Below are positions 1 through 9,872 of a stretch of 64,000 bases of DNA, in pieces; within the stretch, counting starts at the first letter, position 1, and each line of letters begins with the position of its first letter. The notes below the pieces were generated by a model. It was not told the origin of the DNA. It did not search any database and saw only the letters and a list, made by a program, of their open reading frames with translations. Where the stretch lies: contig CAWJAX010000005.1 of the NCBI GenBank assembly GCA_963841015.1, positions 480,001-544,000 of the forward strand, read 5' to 3'. A program made the position numbers and the translations under genes. The stretch comes from an uncultured Methanoregulaceae archaeon (GTDB lineage: Archaea > Halobacteriota > Methanomicrobia > Methanomicrobiales > Methanospirillaceae).

Positions 1-456
1 AAGATCCGCGCGGTCGAGCACCATGTGGGAAAACCTCCTGTCACCAATTTTGTTGACGCATGTTCCGGTGTGGGAACCCTGGGTCTCACTGCAGCATGTC
101 TTGGTGTGCCCCATGTTGTGATGAATGATGCATGGTATGCCTCGGCATTCTGGTCAGCATTTAATCTCGAAGTAAACCGGGGTTATCTCAAAATCAGCCG
201 GGTGAAGATCTTTGAACAATTACAGGATATGCAGAAACATCCGGTTACCATCGACCCGATAAAAATTGCCGAAACTGAAGGGGATCAGGTAATCGAGGTA
301 TATCAGGGTGATTTCCACCAATTATTTAGTGTGTTATCCCCTGGGAGCAATCCTTTGACTGCACTTGATATTTTCGATAAAAAAGATCTCACTTCCCTTG
401 AACAAACCAAGCGAGAATGGCTGGAAAAGGTGGGCGGTGAGGTATTCGTTCCTTAA
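1..456 (+). CDS. SAM-dependent methyltransferase-like protein, 5'-truncated by window edge
   Basis: Frame open from base 1; FVDACSGVGTLG resembles class I SAM-binding motif I. Confidence 0.6.
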   Translation, partial: KIRAVEHHVGKPPVTNFVDACSGVGTLGLTAACLGVPHVVMNDAWYASAFWSAFNLEVNRGYLKISRVKIFEQLQDMQKHPVTIDPIKIAETEGDQVIEVYQGDFHQLFSVLSPGSNPLTALDIFDKKDLTSLEQTKREWLEKVGGEVFVP

Positions 457-542
457 TTATTGCCATTTGTTGAAAGGGATACTTTGGTACCAGATCCTGT
501 TTACGGTAAAAAGCCTTTATTGACCAGTGCACAAAGGTATAT

Positions 543-850
543 GGGGACTAGCCCGGGTGGTTCGGCGTCACCTGTAACCTGAAACCGTCGGTACGCGGGG
601 GGCGAAGTTTGAGGAAGGCTGCAACGGCCTGCGGGAGCCTGTGCGTTCTGACTGTGAAACCTCGTCCCATGAGGTCGATGGCCAGGTATCAATATTCCGG
701 AGGGAATGGCGACCTGTCGCTGCGGGGACCGGTTCAGGCCCGGAAGGGAGCAGACTTACCGTAGACATCCGGCGCCCATGGGGTAACGGGGCGGAGGATG
801 GATGCTTTGGCAAACGTAGTAACGTACAGTCGACCGATAACACGTCCCCA
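543..850 (+). ncRNA. ffs: Archaeal signal recognition particle (7S) RNA
   Basis: GGGGAC...GTCCCC terminal helix, Alu-like 5' domain, helix 8 signature TCAGGCCCGGAAGGGAGCAG at ~732-752, ~308 nt. Confidence 0.93.
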
Positions 851-862
851 TTTACGATTATC

Positions 863-1816
863 ATGTCAAAAGTGACTATCCTTGGTGCAACCGGCAATGT
901 GGGATTGTTTGCTTCTTATGCAGTATCAGCAAATCCTCATGTGCGGGAAATCCTTCTTTACGGGCGGGAAGGGCGCGAAACACTACTCCGTGGAATCACG
1001 CAGGATTTTGTTGATTCATTTGCTGCACGCGGAACGAATATCAAAATCAACTGGACAACCAACTTAAAAGATGCTGCCGGGTCAGATGTTGTTATCATTA
1101 CCTCCGGGATTCCGCGCACTCCGGGACAGGACCGTCTTGATCTGGCTATGGGAAATGCAAGGGTAATCTCCCCTCTTGCGCAGACTATCGGGATTATCGC
1201 ACCTGAAACCAAGATTCTGGTAGTTACCAATCCTGTTGATGTCATGACCTGCGTTGCTTTGAAATATTCCGGCCTTAATCCCAGCCAGGTATTCGGGCTT
1301 GGAACGCATCTTGATTCAATGCGATTAAAATCCCTTATTGCTGCCTATTTCAAAGTCCATGTGAGCGAAGTCCACACACGTATTATCGGTGAACATGGCG
1401 ACAGCATGGTCCCGCTCTGGTCAGCCACGACGATAGGTGGTATCAAGATATCCAACCTGCCAGCATTTGCACACCTCCCGGTAAAAGAGATCATTGAATC
1501 GGTAAAATGCAGCGGAAACCTGATCATCAAAGATAAGGGATCTACCGTCTACGGACCTGGAGAAGCGATCGCTTCGTTAGTAAAGACGGTGCTTGGTGAT
1601 GAAAACCGGATCCTGACCGTTTCAGCCTATCTAAAAAGCGAGGTCCACGGTATTGGAGAAGGGGATATATGCATTGGTGTCCCGGCCAGAGTAAATCGCA
1701 ACGGGGTGTTCCCGATCACTATCAAGATCGATGAATCCGAAGTGATAGCATTCCGCGAATCGGTTGAAAAAATCCGGACGATCACGATGAAGGTTCTCGC
1801 AGATCTTGAAGTCTAA
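863..1816 (+). CDS. mdh: Malate dehydrogenase (LDH-like family)
   Basis: MSKVTILGATGNVG Rossmann motif, PRTPGQDRLDL, VTNPVD, GEHGDS; start set at ATG 863 because the upstream frame overlaps SRP RNA. Confidence 0.88.
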   Translation: MSKVTILGATGNVGLFASYAVSANPHVREILLYGREGRETLLRGITQDFVDSFAARGTNIKINWTTNLKDAAGSDVVIITSGIPRTPGQDRLDLAMGNARVISPLAQTIGIIAPETKILVVTNPVDVMTCVALKYSGLNPSQVFGLGTHLDSMRLKSLIAAYFKVHVSEVHTRIIGEHGDSMVPLWSATTIGGIKISNLPAFAHLPVKEIIESVKCSGNLIIKDKGSTVYGPGEAIASLVKTVLGDENRILTVSAYLKSEVHGIGEGDICIGVPARVNRNGVFPITIKIDESEVIAFRESVEKIRTITMKVLADLEV

Positions 1817-1841
1817 GAAAAAAGTGTTTTTATAACCTGAA

Positions 1842-2099
1842 TCAGGTTAATGTTACTTCGACAATTTCTGCACGTTCGACACCCGCTACTTCATTCAGGG
1901 ACTTCTCGATTGCATCGGTTTCTCCCCCGGAGTCGTTTACGACTGCAACAAGTTTAAGCGCCTTTAAACCAAAACCGATTGGCTCCTCTCGAATTTCATG
2001 AATTCCGGGCAGCTTCTGTTTTAATGCCTTTTTCAATTGTTCAAGGTCCACTTCCGGTGATTCGGGCATAACCCTGACAATTACAGCAACACCACCCAT
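1842..2099 (-). CDS. ef1b: Elongation factor 1-beta
   Basis: VMPESPEVDL and EEPIGFGLKAL motifs, 85 aa. Confidence 0.93.
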   Translation of the reverse strand: MGGVAVIVRVMPESPEVDLEQLKKALKQKLPGIHEIREEPIGFGLKALKLVAVVNDSGGETDAIEKSLNEVAGVERAEIVEVTLT

Positions 2100-2102
2100 G
2101 AA

Positions 2103-2264
2103 TTACGGTCCCCCAAATCCACATTTTGGGCAGATATAGGGAATGCTCTGCTCCCGGCACCGGTAACACCGGTTGATCTCAACACCACATGCGGGGCATC
2201 CGAATTCCGTTGCGCCCTCTTCTGCAAGCGGGGCATTGCAGGATGTACATTTTTTATCTGACAC
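2103..2264 (-). CDS. Small zinc-finger protein (HVO_2753/DUF1610 family), missed by the ORF track
   Basis: Manual translation from GTG: MSDKKCTSCNAPLAEEGATEFGCPACGVEINRCYRCREQSIPYICPKCGFGGP; four CxxC, GGAGG SD, usual neighbour of EF-1beta. Confidence 0.9.
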   Translation of the reverse strand: MSDKKCTSCNAPLAEEGATEFGCPACGVEINRCYRCREQSIPYICPKCGFGGP

Positions 2265-2307
2265 GATTGCTCCTCCAAGGATTCCAATAGTATCTCTTTT
2301 GGAACCT

Positions 2308-2931
2308 TTAAAAGGTTGTACAGATCTCAGTACGGGGGATCAGCTCTCCCTTCAGGTATTTTTCCACGCGATCTGGTTGTGATCCATTGATTATGGTTGT
2401 TTTCACGGTATTTTTTATCACAAACGGAATAAAACAGGGGTCAACGATATCTGATTCCACTGGCCCGGTTACCTGCTCCTGGAGGATCCCGTTGATGAAA
2501 ATACCATCAATAGATTTGAGAAGGAGAAGATCGAGATGAAGGGTGCCTGCAACCCATGCAGCGATAGTATCAGAAGTTACATCCCAGGTGTGGGGCAGAA
2601 TGTCAGTTAACCTGAGGCACCGATAAGGCAGCAATATTGTTGTTGTCAGAGGCACGGCAATTCTGTCTGTCGTTAAGATGCCAAATGAGGAGATGAACCA
2701 ACCATACTGCTCCATTGCGGCGATGGCCATCCAGTGTGCCGCATCGTTATTTACCCGAACCTGTCGTACAAGGTCAGCAAATGGACCCCCGCCAGGGATT
2801 AAAAATAACGGCCGGTCTGATGCAATAAGTATCGGTGCAAGGTCGGGAATCTGATTATACAGACTTCCCCCCACTTTGACAATTAATGGCGAAGTTGATT
2901 GATCTTTAGGTGATTCCCTGCTCTTATTCAT
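2308..2931 (-). CDS. Amino-acid kinase family protein (MfnE-like / uridylate kinase-like)
   Basis: VKVGGSL, PGGGPFAD, AHWMAI, WDVTSDTIAAW motifs. Confidence 0.75.
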   Translation of the reverse strand: MNKSRESPKDQSTSPLIVKVGGSLYNQIPDLAPILIASDRPLFLIPGGGPFADLVRQVRVNNDAAHWMAIAAMEQYGWFISSFGILTTDRIAVPLTTTILLPYRCLRLTDILPHTWDVTSDTIAAWVAGTLHLDLLLLKSIDGIFINGILQEQVTGPVESDIVDPCFIPFVIKNTVKTTIINGSQPDRVEKYLKGELIPRTEICTTF

Positions 2932-2988
2932 ACTTCCGGAGAGTTATATCGCCAGATTATAAAAGGAGCATGGCGAAATTGAGTGATA

Positions 2989-4662
2989 ATGCGCCGTTTT
3001 CTTGCGTTTTTCCTCATTTTATGGTGTGTGATGCACGCGGGTGCCGCAGTCCAGATTATTGAGTTCTGTCCTGATCCTCATAGTTATGAGGATGCGGATG
3101 AGTATCTTGTCCTCTCTGGTACCGGCTCCCTTGATGGTTTCACGATTTCCGATGGGGAGGGTGGATTTCGTTTCCCTCCGGGAACCCGGATCAACGGTGT
3201 GCTAACCATAGCCCGCAGCGGAACGGCTTTTAAACAAAGTCATGGAATATATCCTGATTTTGAATGGCTGGATTATTCTCAGCTGGTTCCAGATGTGATC
3301 AAGGGTGATACGCTCCGTCTGGCGAATTCGAACGATGCTCTCATGCTGTATGAGAATGGGATACTTGTTCAGAATGTTGCCTGGCCAGAAGATGTGAAAC
3401 CTCGCGAGGGACAGATACATTTTCTCGAAAAAGGGGTGTGGGATCTCCGCCCGCTCATGATAGGGCAGTCGCGCTTGTCTCCGGCGGTATTCCATAATGT
3501 ATCAATAACGACGTTTGTTTCGCCGGATTCGTCCAGCGAGGTTTTCTCGTATGCAGTGAATCAGGCATCAGATGAAGTACTGCTGAATGTGTATGAATTT
3601 TCGAGTCCTCTCATGGCAGATACACTGATTACCGCACACGCGCGGGGGGTCGATATTAAGGTTATTGTTGAAGGCGGTCCTGTTGGGGGTATTAGTCCGG
3701 AAGGAAAAGAAGCGATCCGGATGCTTAACGACGGTGGAATTCCGGTCTCAATGATGGTATCACGCAAAGGGGAGCCTGCACCTTATCGCTATGACCATGC
3801 AAAATACATGGTCATAGACCGGCAGTCAATCCTTCTTACCAGTGAGAACTTCAAATACAGTGGATTTCCTCCTGCAGGAATGAACGGTAATCGGGGCTGG
3901 GGTGTATATCTCGAGGACCCCGGACTTGCAGAATATTTTTCAATAGTCTACCTGACCGATTATAGCGGAAAATCTATGACTGCTTATAATGGATCAGCAG
4001 GGCCTCCCGAACCCATGCCTTCCAGGAAATATACCGTAGAATTCCAGCCTGGATATTTTACCGGTGCAACAGTTCGTCCTGTTATTTCACCAGACACCAG
4101 CAGCCAGATTACGGAGCTGATAAACTCTGCTGAACGGAGTATCGAGATCGAGCAGGCATACATCACCAACGAGACGGCGTATTCCCTGAATCCGTATCTT
4201 TCAGCAGCGATAAATGCCTCGCGCCGGGGAGTACATGTCAGGGTATTGCTCGATTCATATTGGTATAACATCGAAGATGAAACAGACAATGATGAGATGG
4301 TGGCGCTTATTAACCGCATCGGGTCATGTGAACACATCCCCCTGGAAGCCCGGTGTGCCGATCTCTCAACAAAAGAGATCGATAAGATTCATAATAAAGG
4401 GGTGATCGTGGATGATCGGTATGTGCTGGTAAGCAGTATCAACTGGAACAGCAACTCTCCCAATTTTAACCGGGAAGCAGGGGTAATTATTGATCATCCT
4501 GGCGTCGCCCGGTACTTTCTTGATGTATTTGAAAACGACTGGAATTCCGTGGTTAAATTACCGGCACACAAAACAGATTACCTGAAAATTGCCATTGTTG
4601 CTGTAGTAATAACCCTTTTGCTATTGCTCTATTATCACCATAAAAAAAATAATAAAATCTGA
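2989..4662 (+). CDS. Secreted/membrane-anchored phospholipase D-family protein
   Basis: Signal peptide, two HxKxxxxD motifs (HAKYMVID, HNKGVIVD), C-terminal TM helix. Confidence 0.85.
   Translation: MRRFLAFFLILWCVMHAGAAVQIIEFCPDPHSYEDADEYLVLSGTGSLDGFTISDGEGGFRFPPGTRINGVLTIARSGTAFKQSHGIYPDFEWLDYSQLVPDVIKGDTLRLANSNDALMLYENGILVQNVAWPEDVKPREGQIHFLEKGVWDLRPLMIGQSRLSPAVFHNVSITTFVSPDSSSEVFSYAVNQASDEVLLNVYEFSSPLMADTLITAHARGVDIKVIVEGGPVGGISPEGKEAIRMLNDGGIPVSMMVSRKGEPAPYRYDHAKYMVIDRQSILLTSENFKYSGFPPAGMNGNRGWGVYLEDPGLAEYFSIVYLTDYSGKSMTAYNGSAGPPEPMPSRKYTVEFQPGYFTGATVRPVISPDTSSQITELINSAERSIEIEQAYITNETAYSLNPYLSAAINASRRGVHVRVLLDSYWYNIEDETDNDEMVALINRIGSCEHIPLEARCADLSTKEIDKIHNKGVIVDDRYVLVSSINWNSNSPNFNREAGVIIDHPGVARYFLDVFENDWNSVVKLPAHKTDYLKIAIVAVVITLLLLLYYHHKKNNKI
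4445..4596 (+). repeat. Direct repeat copy A (3' part of PLD gene)
   Basis: 152 bp; 16 mismatches and no gaps versus 6011-6162 by manual alignment. Confidence 0.9.
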
Positions 4663-4849
4663 AATTTATTAAAAGAGAATAGTAACAATCCTCATCCACA
4701 CTCGGATGAAATTATTATTAAATCATCAAATGATATGCTGTTATCGCTGATAATTTCTGATCATTGGCAATGCAATGGTGCAATGCCACCCTTAATACCA
4801 ATCTCCGTTTCAAATCTTAAAAAATAAGATTGATTGCTTGGAATTACTG

Positions 4850-6052
4850 ATGAAAATGAAAACTGATGGCTTGAGAATTGAGCTCGTTGATTCAGAGGAA
4901 GAATTCTTAGCAATGAAAGTCGAATGGAATGCACTATTTGATAAAAGTATCAACTCCTCAATTTATTCATCATACCCTTTCGTGCATACGGCATGGAAAT
5001 ATTTTAAGAATGAAAACGATCGATTATTCATTCTTATCGTGAAACGGGATGCAACAATTGTCGCGATTGCACCCTTCAGAATTGAAAGAGTAAAAATGGG
5101 TAATCTTTGTTTCAAATGGTTGATACGCTTCATTTCCGAATACGGTGGTGGCGACAAACCCTCAATTTTGTCAATAGAAGAACCAGAATGCATTTGGGAG
5201 GGGATTTTTCAGTTTCTAAGCGAAGAGTTTACGCAATGGGATGGGATTCAGCTTTTTGAACAGCCTGCAAACAGTCCAATTCTTAATCTAAAGTTTTTTA
5301 GTGATAGATTGTACTTTGCCGTTGCAGTTCCGCAGGTTTCTTCTTATTATGTCTCAATTGCCGGGACGTGGGAAGAATACCTGAAAACACGGGGGAAAGA
5401 TACTCGGAGAAAATGGAAAAAATCCAGAAAAAAATTATTTGACCTGCCCGAAGGTGTCGGTTTTCAATGTATTGAAGATTATGAGACCCTGCCGGAGGCA
5501 TTAGAAAGATATATGGATATAGAACAATCCGGTTGGAAAATCAATCGAGATTTTAGTGTGGGCGGCAACGAGATAAATAAGAGATTTTATACAGAATTGC
5601 TGAAACATCTGGCTTGTAAAAATATGGTGTCGATGTATTTTTTGACATCAGGAACTACGGATATTGCTGCTTCGATACAGTATAAACAAAAATCCATTGT
5701 GTATGGAGCGCACACAACCTACAGACCAAAATATGCTGAATATTCTCCAGGAATTATTCTGATAACGGAATTATTGAAGAATCTGTTTGGTACGCAATAC
5801 CATGAATTCGATCTTCTTGGTTTCCGAAACGATAAGAAAAACATCTTGAAGAAAAATTTGAGTACAGGAACGCGACAAACGATCAGAATAGAAATTTATA
5901 AAAAAAGCGTTTTTATTCATTTCTACTTTTTAGGAAAAAGGGTAAATAAATTCTTGCAAAACGTCATAAGGATGATGATTTCACATACGCCATCAGAACA
6001 AACTCAGACAGGAACAGCAACTCGCCCAATTTTAACCGGGAAGCTGGGGTAA
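4850..6052 (+). CDS. GNAT-family acetyltransferase (CelD/BcsL-like)
   Basis: EWNAL...AIAPF N-terminus and YSPGIIL...FDLLG C-terminus; visibly AT-rich. Confidence 0.72.
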   Translation: MKMKTDGLRIELVDSEEEFLAMKVEWNALFDKSINSSIYSSYPFVHTAWKYFKNENDRLFILIVKRDATIVAIAPFRIERVKMGNLCFKWLIRFISEYGGGDKPSILSIEEPECIWEGIFQFLSEEFTQWDGIQLFEQPANSPILNLKFFSDRLYFAVAVPQVSSYYVSIAGTWEEYLKTRGKDTRRKWKKSRKKLFDLPEGVGFQCIEDYETLPEALERYMDIEQSGWKINRDFSVGGNEINKRFYTELLKHLACKNMVSMYFLTSGTTDIAASIQYKQKSIVYGAHTTYRPKYAEYSPGIILITELLKNLFGTQYHEFDLLGFRNDKKNILKKNLSTGTRQTIRIEIYKKSVFIHFYFLGKRVNKFLQNVIRMMISHTPSEQTQTGTATRPILTGKLG

Positions 6053-6219
6053 TTATTGATCATTCTGGCGTCGCCAGGTACTTCCTTGATGTATTCGAAG
6101 ACGAATGGAATTCCACAGTTAAATCACCGGCCGACAAACCCGATTACCTGAAAATTGCCATTCCTGGAATGGTATTGGTGATCCTTATCCTTCTCAAGTA
6201 TCACCTTCAAAAGGTATGA
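6011..6219 (+). pseudogene. Orphan duplicate of the PLD gene 3' end (repeat copy B)
   Basis: Intact frame NSNSPNFNREAGVIIDH...DYLKIAIPGMVLVILILLKYHLQKV* without its own 5' part. Confidence 0.85.
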
Positions 6220-6235
6220 CTCAGGAATTAAAATA

Positions 6236-6544
6236 TCAGAACTTCTTAAGTGCGCACTGGCACACATCACATAAATTTATGTCGCTCTCACCGGTAACTA
6301 CTGCAAGAGCCCAACGGTCTATCAGGGAATCAAGCTCATTGGATATCTGACCTTCACTCACTCCTCTTTTCTTACTCATATACTGCGACACTGCAGCTCT
6401 TGTTACTCCGAGACGTTTTGCAGCATCGCTCTGACTGAGCCCCTGCTTTTGCACTAACCGTGAAACCATCTCTGCTCTCATTGGCGGAAGAAGATTCCGT
6501 ACCATAGTATCACAATGCATCAGAGTGCAGGTGTGTTTCGTCAT
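6236..6544 (-). CDS. HTH transcriptional regulator with Cys-rich C-terminus
   Basis: GLSQSDAAKRLGVTRAAVSQY HTH; LCDVCQC; alternative start 6520. Confidence 0.8.
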   Translation of the reverse strand: MTKHTCTLMHCDTMVRNLLPPMRAEMVSRLVQKQGLSQSDAAKRLGVTRAAVSQYMSKKRGVSEGQISNELDSLIDRWALAVVTGESDINLCDVCQCALKKF

Positions 6545-6786
6545 ACACAGACAGATTGGGCTTTCGTCGTTTGTGTAGTCCGGTTCTGGTATATAATCTG
6601 CCGGGCATCACGGAAGTTAAACTTCTCGATGATAAGATGCCGTTCTTTGAGTTTTTTCAATGCATAACGCACTGTACGGGGAGCAAGATGGGTTTTTTGC
6701 ACGAGATCTTTGTGCGTCATAGCTCCGCCGGCATCCAGTATTTCCATCACCGTTTTCGATGAAGGTGGCAATGTTGTGGAATACAT
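6541..6786 (-). CDS. Winged-helix (MarR/ArsR-like) regulator
   Basis: LPPSSK...RTVRYALKKL...DARQIIY, a typical small archaeal wHTH. Confidence 0.82.
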   Translation of the reverse strand: MYSTTLPPSSKTVMEILDAGGAMTHKDLVQKTHLAPRTVRYALKKLKERHLIIEKFNFRDARQIIYQNRTTQTTKAQSVCV

Positions 6787-6792
6787 GGTAAG

Positions 6793-6811
6793 ATGTTAAC
6801 ACTGTTAACAT
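6793..6811. promoter_or_regulatory. Perfect palindrome, candidate operator
   Basis: ATGTTAACA-C-TGTTAACAT in the divergent intergenic region, immediately upstream of the wHTH start codon. Confidence 0.6.
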
Positions 6812-6855
6812 ATGAATCTATCGGTAATTTAAATGAGCCTTCTCAATACTCAATT

Positions 6856-7275
6856 ATGTTCGAACACCAGGAACGGGCGGCTATTTTGCTTTTACTTGGT
6901 GTTGCTTGTTTTGTAATCACGGCACACCTGGCCCTTGGGACGCTCGGAAAACAACCATTTGCACGACCTTTCACCAATAATTCGGCTGATGGTGAACTGG
7001 TGATTACTGATGGTACTATCAATCAGATTTTAATTACAAAAAATGGTGGACACATGAATGTGTATTTGGCCAATATAACCATTTTTGTTCCGGCACCGAT
7101 TGCCCAGGAATTGACTCTCCAAAAAGGTGATTCAATATCTGTGTATGGAGTTGTTCAAACGTATCGCGGGAAAAAAGAGATAGTAGTCAGTTCTGGAAAA
7201 GATATCTCTGTCCTTCCTGCAGGAAATGTTTCCCAGCTATCTTCCCGATATCAGATAAAACAGGAAAAAAATTAA
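6856..7275 (+). CDS. Membrane-anchored OB-fold protein
   Basis: N-terminal TM; GDSISVYGVVQTYRGKKEI OB-fold pattern. Confidence 0.65.
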   Translation: MFEHQERAAILLLLGVACFVITAHLALGTLGKQPFARPFTNNSADGELVITDGTINQILITKNGGHMNVYLANITIFVPAPIAQELTLQKGDSISVYGVVQTYRGKKEIVVSSGKDISVLPAGNVSQLSSRYQIKQEKN

Positions 7276-7336
7276 TTACATTAATTGCATTTTACTTGGC
7301 GGAAGTTAGCCGAAGTAGCTTCAATCTCTCCGATTG

Positions 7337-7930
7337 CTATACTTTTATTACGGAATCAGTACTCTTTCTGGTCTTTTCATGTTGTATCGAATCAAGAGCT
7401 TTTCGTGCTGCATCCCGCACTTCTGCATCCTCATCAGTAAGCATAGGGGACAGCCCTTCAGTCGCTCGTTCATCAGCAATAGTACCAAGAGCCCATGCAA
7501 CTGTTTTCCGGACTATTTTATTTTTATCTTTGAGAAGCGGGAGAAGTGGACCGACCGCTCGTGAATCGTGGAGCTTTCCCAGTCCCCAGGCAGCACCGGT
7601 ACGGAGCCATTTATCCTCAGATTTCAAAGCTTCTATCAAAGGTTCAACAGCACGGCTATCTCCCAGATTTCCCAGGGATTTTGCAGCAAGCCACGAAACA
7701 TCCACAAAAGGGTCTTTGAGTGCAGTTATCAGAGGTTCAACCGCTGTTTCATCCCCTTCTTTTCCCAAAGCTTCTGCCGCCCGCCAGCGGTAGTTGAGAT
7801 TGGGATCTTTGAGCAGGGTGATATATCCTTTGACGCGTAATTTTTTACGTTCTTTGATTCTCTCAAGTTCATCGGGAGTAGGTTCAGCGAAAGTTTCAGC
7901 ACTCAATGACTGTGTTTCAGGACTACTCAT
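7337..7930 (-). CDS. HEAT-repeat (PBS lyase-like) protein
   Basis: Tandem AAEALG...AVEPLI.ALKD repeats. Confidence 0.88.
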   Translation of the reverse strand: MSSPETQSLSAETFAEPTPDELERIKERKKLRVKGYITLLKDPNLNYRWRAAEALGKEGDETAVEPLITALKDPFVDVSWLAAKSLGNLGDSRAVEPLIEALKSEDKWLRTGAAWGLGKLHDSRAVGPLLPLLKDKNKIVRKTVAWALGTIADERATEGLSPMLTDEDAEVRDAARKALDSIQHEKTRKSTDSVIKV

Positions 7931-8081
7931 TGCTTTTCCTCAATAACCACCCATACGTAATACTGGACTATTAAAGTTTTCAATGGTGGAGGATTCCCCG
8001 TTTATGACAAGTGTATCCTGATGAAAAGCAAAATTCCCATGAAAAGGTGAATGTTTTTTAAAAAATTAAGGGAAAAAAATA

Positions 8082-8924
8082 TCACGGAATAATTTGTGGA
8101 ATAATTTCAAGATTAACTGAAAAATTTTTTACTGAATGGGTCAGCACTCCCAAACTGATGACATCGACGTCAATCTCTGCATATCGTTGGAGGGAACTCT
8201 CATCAATACCGCCAGAAAGTTCGATTATAACACGATCCCGCAAACCTTCGCTTTTCAAAACTCTGATTGTCCTGTTAATCTGACCCGGACTCATGTTGTC
8301 GAGCATAATGATATCTGCACCCGCTTTTGCCGCGGAAAGGGCATTTTCAGGTGTTTCTACTTCGATTTCAATTTTTTTATATGCTGAACCTTTTTTTGCG
8401 GCCAGAATAGCGTTTCTGAGTGGAACCAAAGCCAGATGATTGTCTTTGATAAGAATCCCGTCGCTTAAGTTCATACGGTGGGGATCGCCGCCTCCTATCT
8501 TTATCGCCTTTTTATCAAGAATCCGCAACCCCGGACATGTTTTTCGTGTACCTGCAACCCGGCAGCCTGGATTGACTGCTGATACGATATCGACATTCTT
8601 CCTTGTCTGTGTTGCAATGCCACTCATTCTTCCGATAATATTGAGGGCAGTCCGTTCAACAAGAAGTATCTTTTTTGCATCCCCCTTGAGTAAAAGGATC
8701 GAAGTATTCCGACAGACAGAATCCCCGTCTTTTACCAGATGAGTCACCTTCACCCCAAAATGGGAAAAAAGTGTGGATGCCTCTTCAATTCCGGCGATGA
8801 TTCCATCCTGTTCTGCCTTTATCTCTGCATTGCAGGTAATATCCGGTATGATTGCAGCAGAAGTAATATCCCCGGAGGGGGCATCCTCCTCAATGAACTT
8901 TAGCAGATAATCGAGCGCTACCAT
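8082..8924 (-). CDS. nadC: Nicotinate-nucleotide diphosphorylase (carboxylating)
   Basis: GDITS, TRKT.PG, LIKDNH, IEIEVE, IMLDNM motifs. Confidence 0.95.
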   Translation of the reverse strand: MVALDYLLKFIEEDAPSGDITSAAIIPDITCNAEIKAEQDGIIAGIEEASTLFSHFGVKVTHLVKDGDSVCRNTSILLLKGDAKKILLVERTALNIIGRMSGIATQTRKNVDIVSAVNPGCRVAGTRKTCPGLRILDKKAIKIGGGDPHRMNLSDGILIKDNHLALVPLRNAILAAKKGSAYKKIEIEVETPENALSAAKAGADIIMLDNMSPGQINRTIRVLKSEGLRDRVIIELSGGIDESSLQRYAEIDVDVISLGVLTHSVKNFSVNLEIIPQIIP

Positions 8925-8948
8925 ACCAGCTTCACCTGATGTATTGCA

Positions 8949-9707
8949 TCATGTTCCTATGATTATTGGGTCACTAAGATTATTGAGCAGCGAGAGGATG
9001 GACAGCGCAGCAAGGTAGCTTGTTGCCGGATTACCAGGGCTGGGAACATTTGTTACTTTAATGTAGGTATCCCCAAAATCTCCTTCAACGAAAACTTCGT
9101 GGACGTTTCGGTCGACTGAAGGGTCAACCCAGAGCTCCACATCCGTATCATGTCCGGCTGCAAGACTCATAGCGACTGATACATTGACATTTTTGGGAAA
9201 TGCTTTGATGCATTCGTTTGCTTTTCCTGAAAATATCAATCTCCGTGTATCAGCAGTAATACCCAGAGAAGCAGGACTTTTTGTGGTTCTCAGAAGTAAC
9301 TTTGTAATTTCTGAAATTTTTCCTATCTTGAGGTTATCAAGGCCAAATATCGCACCGCTGGGGATGTGAATTTTCTGTCCATATCTTTTAGCCAGTTCCC
9401 TGATCTCGTCCTGGAAGACCGAATCGGAAAGCGCACCAACACTCATGATCACGAGATCTTTTTTGTGGGATAAAACACGTCCTGCATAGATTTTAACGGC
9501 ATTGACAGATGCTGCTTCCACAACAATATCGATATCAGATGTAATAAATGACTCAAAATCATCATATGCATGTGCACCGGAAATCCTTGCGATCTCTTGT
9601 GCCCGCTCTGATACCTTATCATAGACCGATGAGATTTCGAAACCACCCCCATGCTGTGCGATGATATGTCCGATATTACCACAGCCAAGCAGCCCGATTC
9701 TCATCAT
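8949..9707 (-). CDS. nadX: L-aspartate dehydrogenase
   Basis: GCGNIG, VVEAAS, MSVGAL, PSGAI.GLD, FPKNVNV, NPATSYLA; adjacent to nadC. Confidence 0.92.
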   Translation of the reverse strand: MMRIGLLGCGNIGHIIAQHGGGFEISSVYDKVSERAQEIARISGAHAYDDFESFITSDIDIVVEAASVNAVKIYAGRVLSHKKDLVIMSVGALSDSVFQDEIRELAKRYGQKIHIPSGAIFGLDNLKIGKISEITKLLLRTTKSPASLGITADTRRLIFSGKANECIKAFPKNVNVSVAMSLAAGHDTDVELWVDPSVDRNVHEVFVEGDFGDTYIKVTNVPSPGNPATSYLAALSILSLLNNLSDPIIIGT

Positions 9708-9872
9708 GATAAACAGATTATGGGTGTTATTGGTTAAGTGTTGTGCTCACGGGATGAGATACACCGGAAATTTCAGGTATAATTGAATTATCACCTGACT
9801 TTTCATACATTTCGGTTGTCTTCCGTTTTTATTAGTTTAAGACTATTTATTGGAGCTCGTTCAATAGATCCG

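Noticed and set aside
641-862. 74-aa N-terminal extension on malate dehydrogenase in the ORF track
   Set aside because: It overlaps the SRP RNA gene; the Rossmann fold begins at ATG 863
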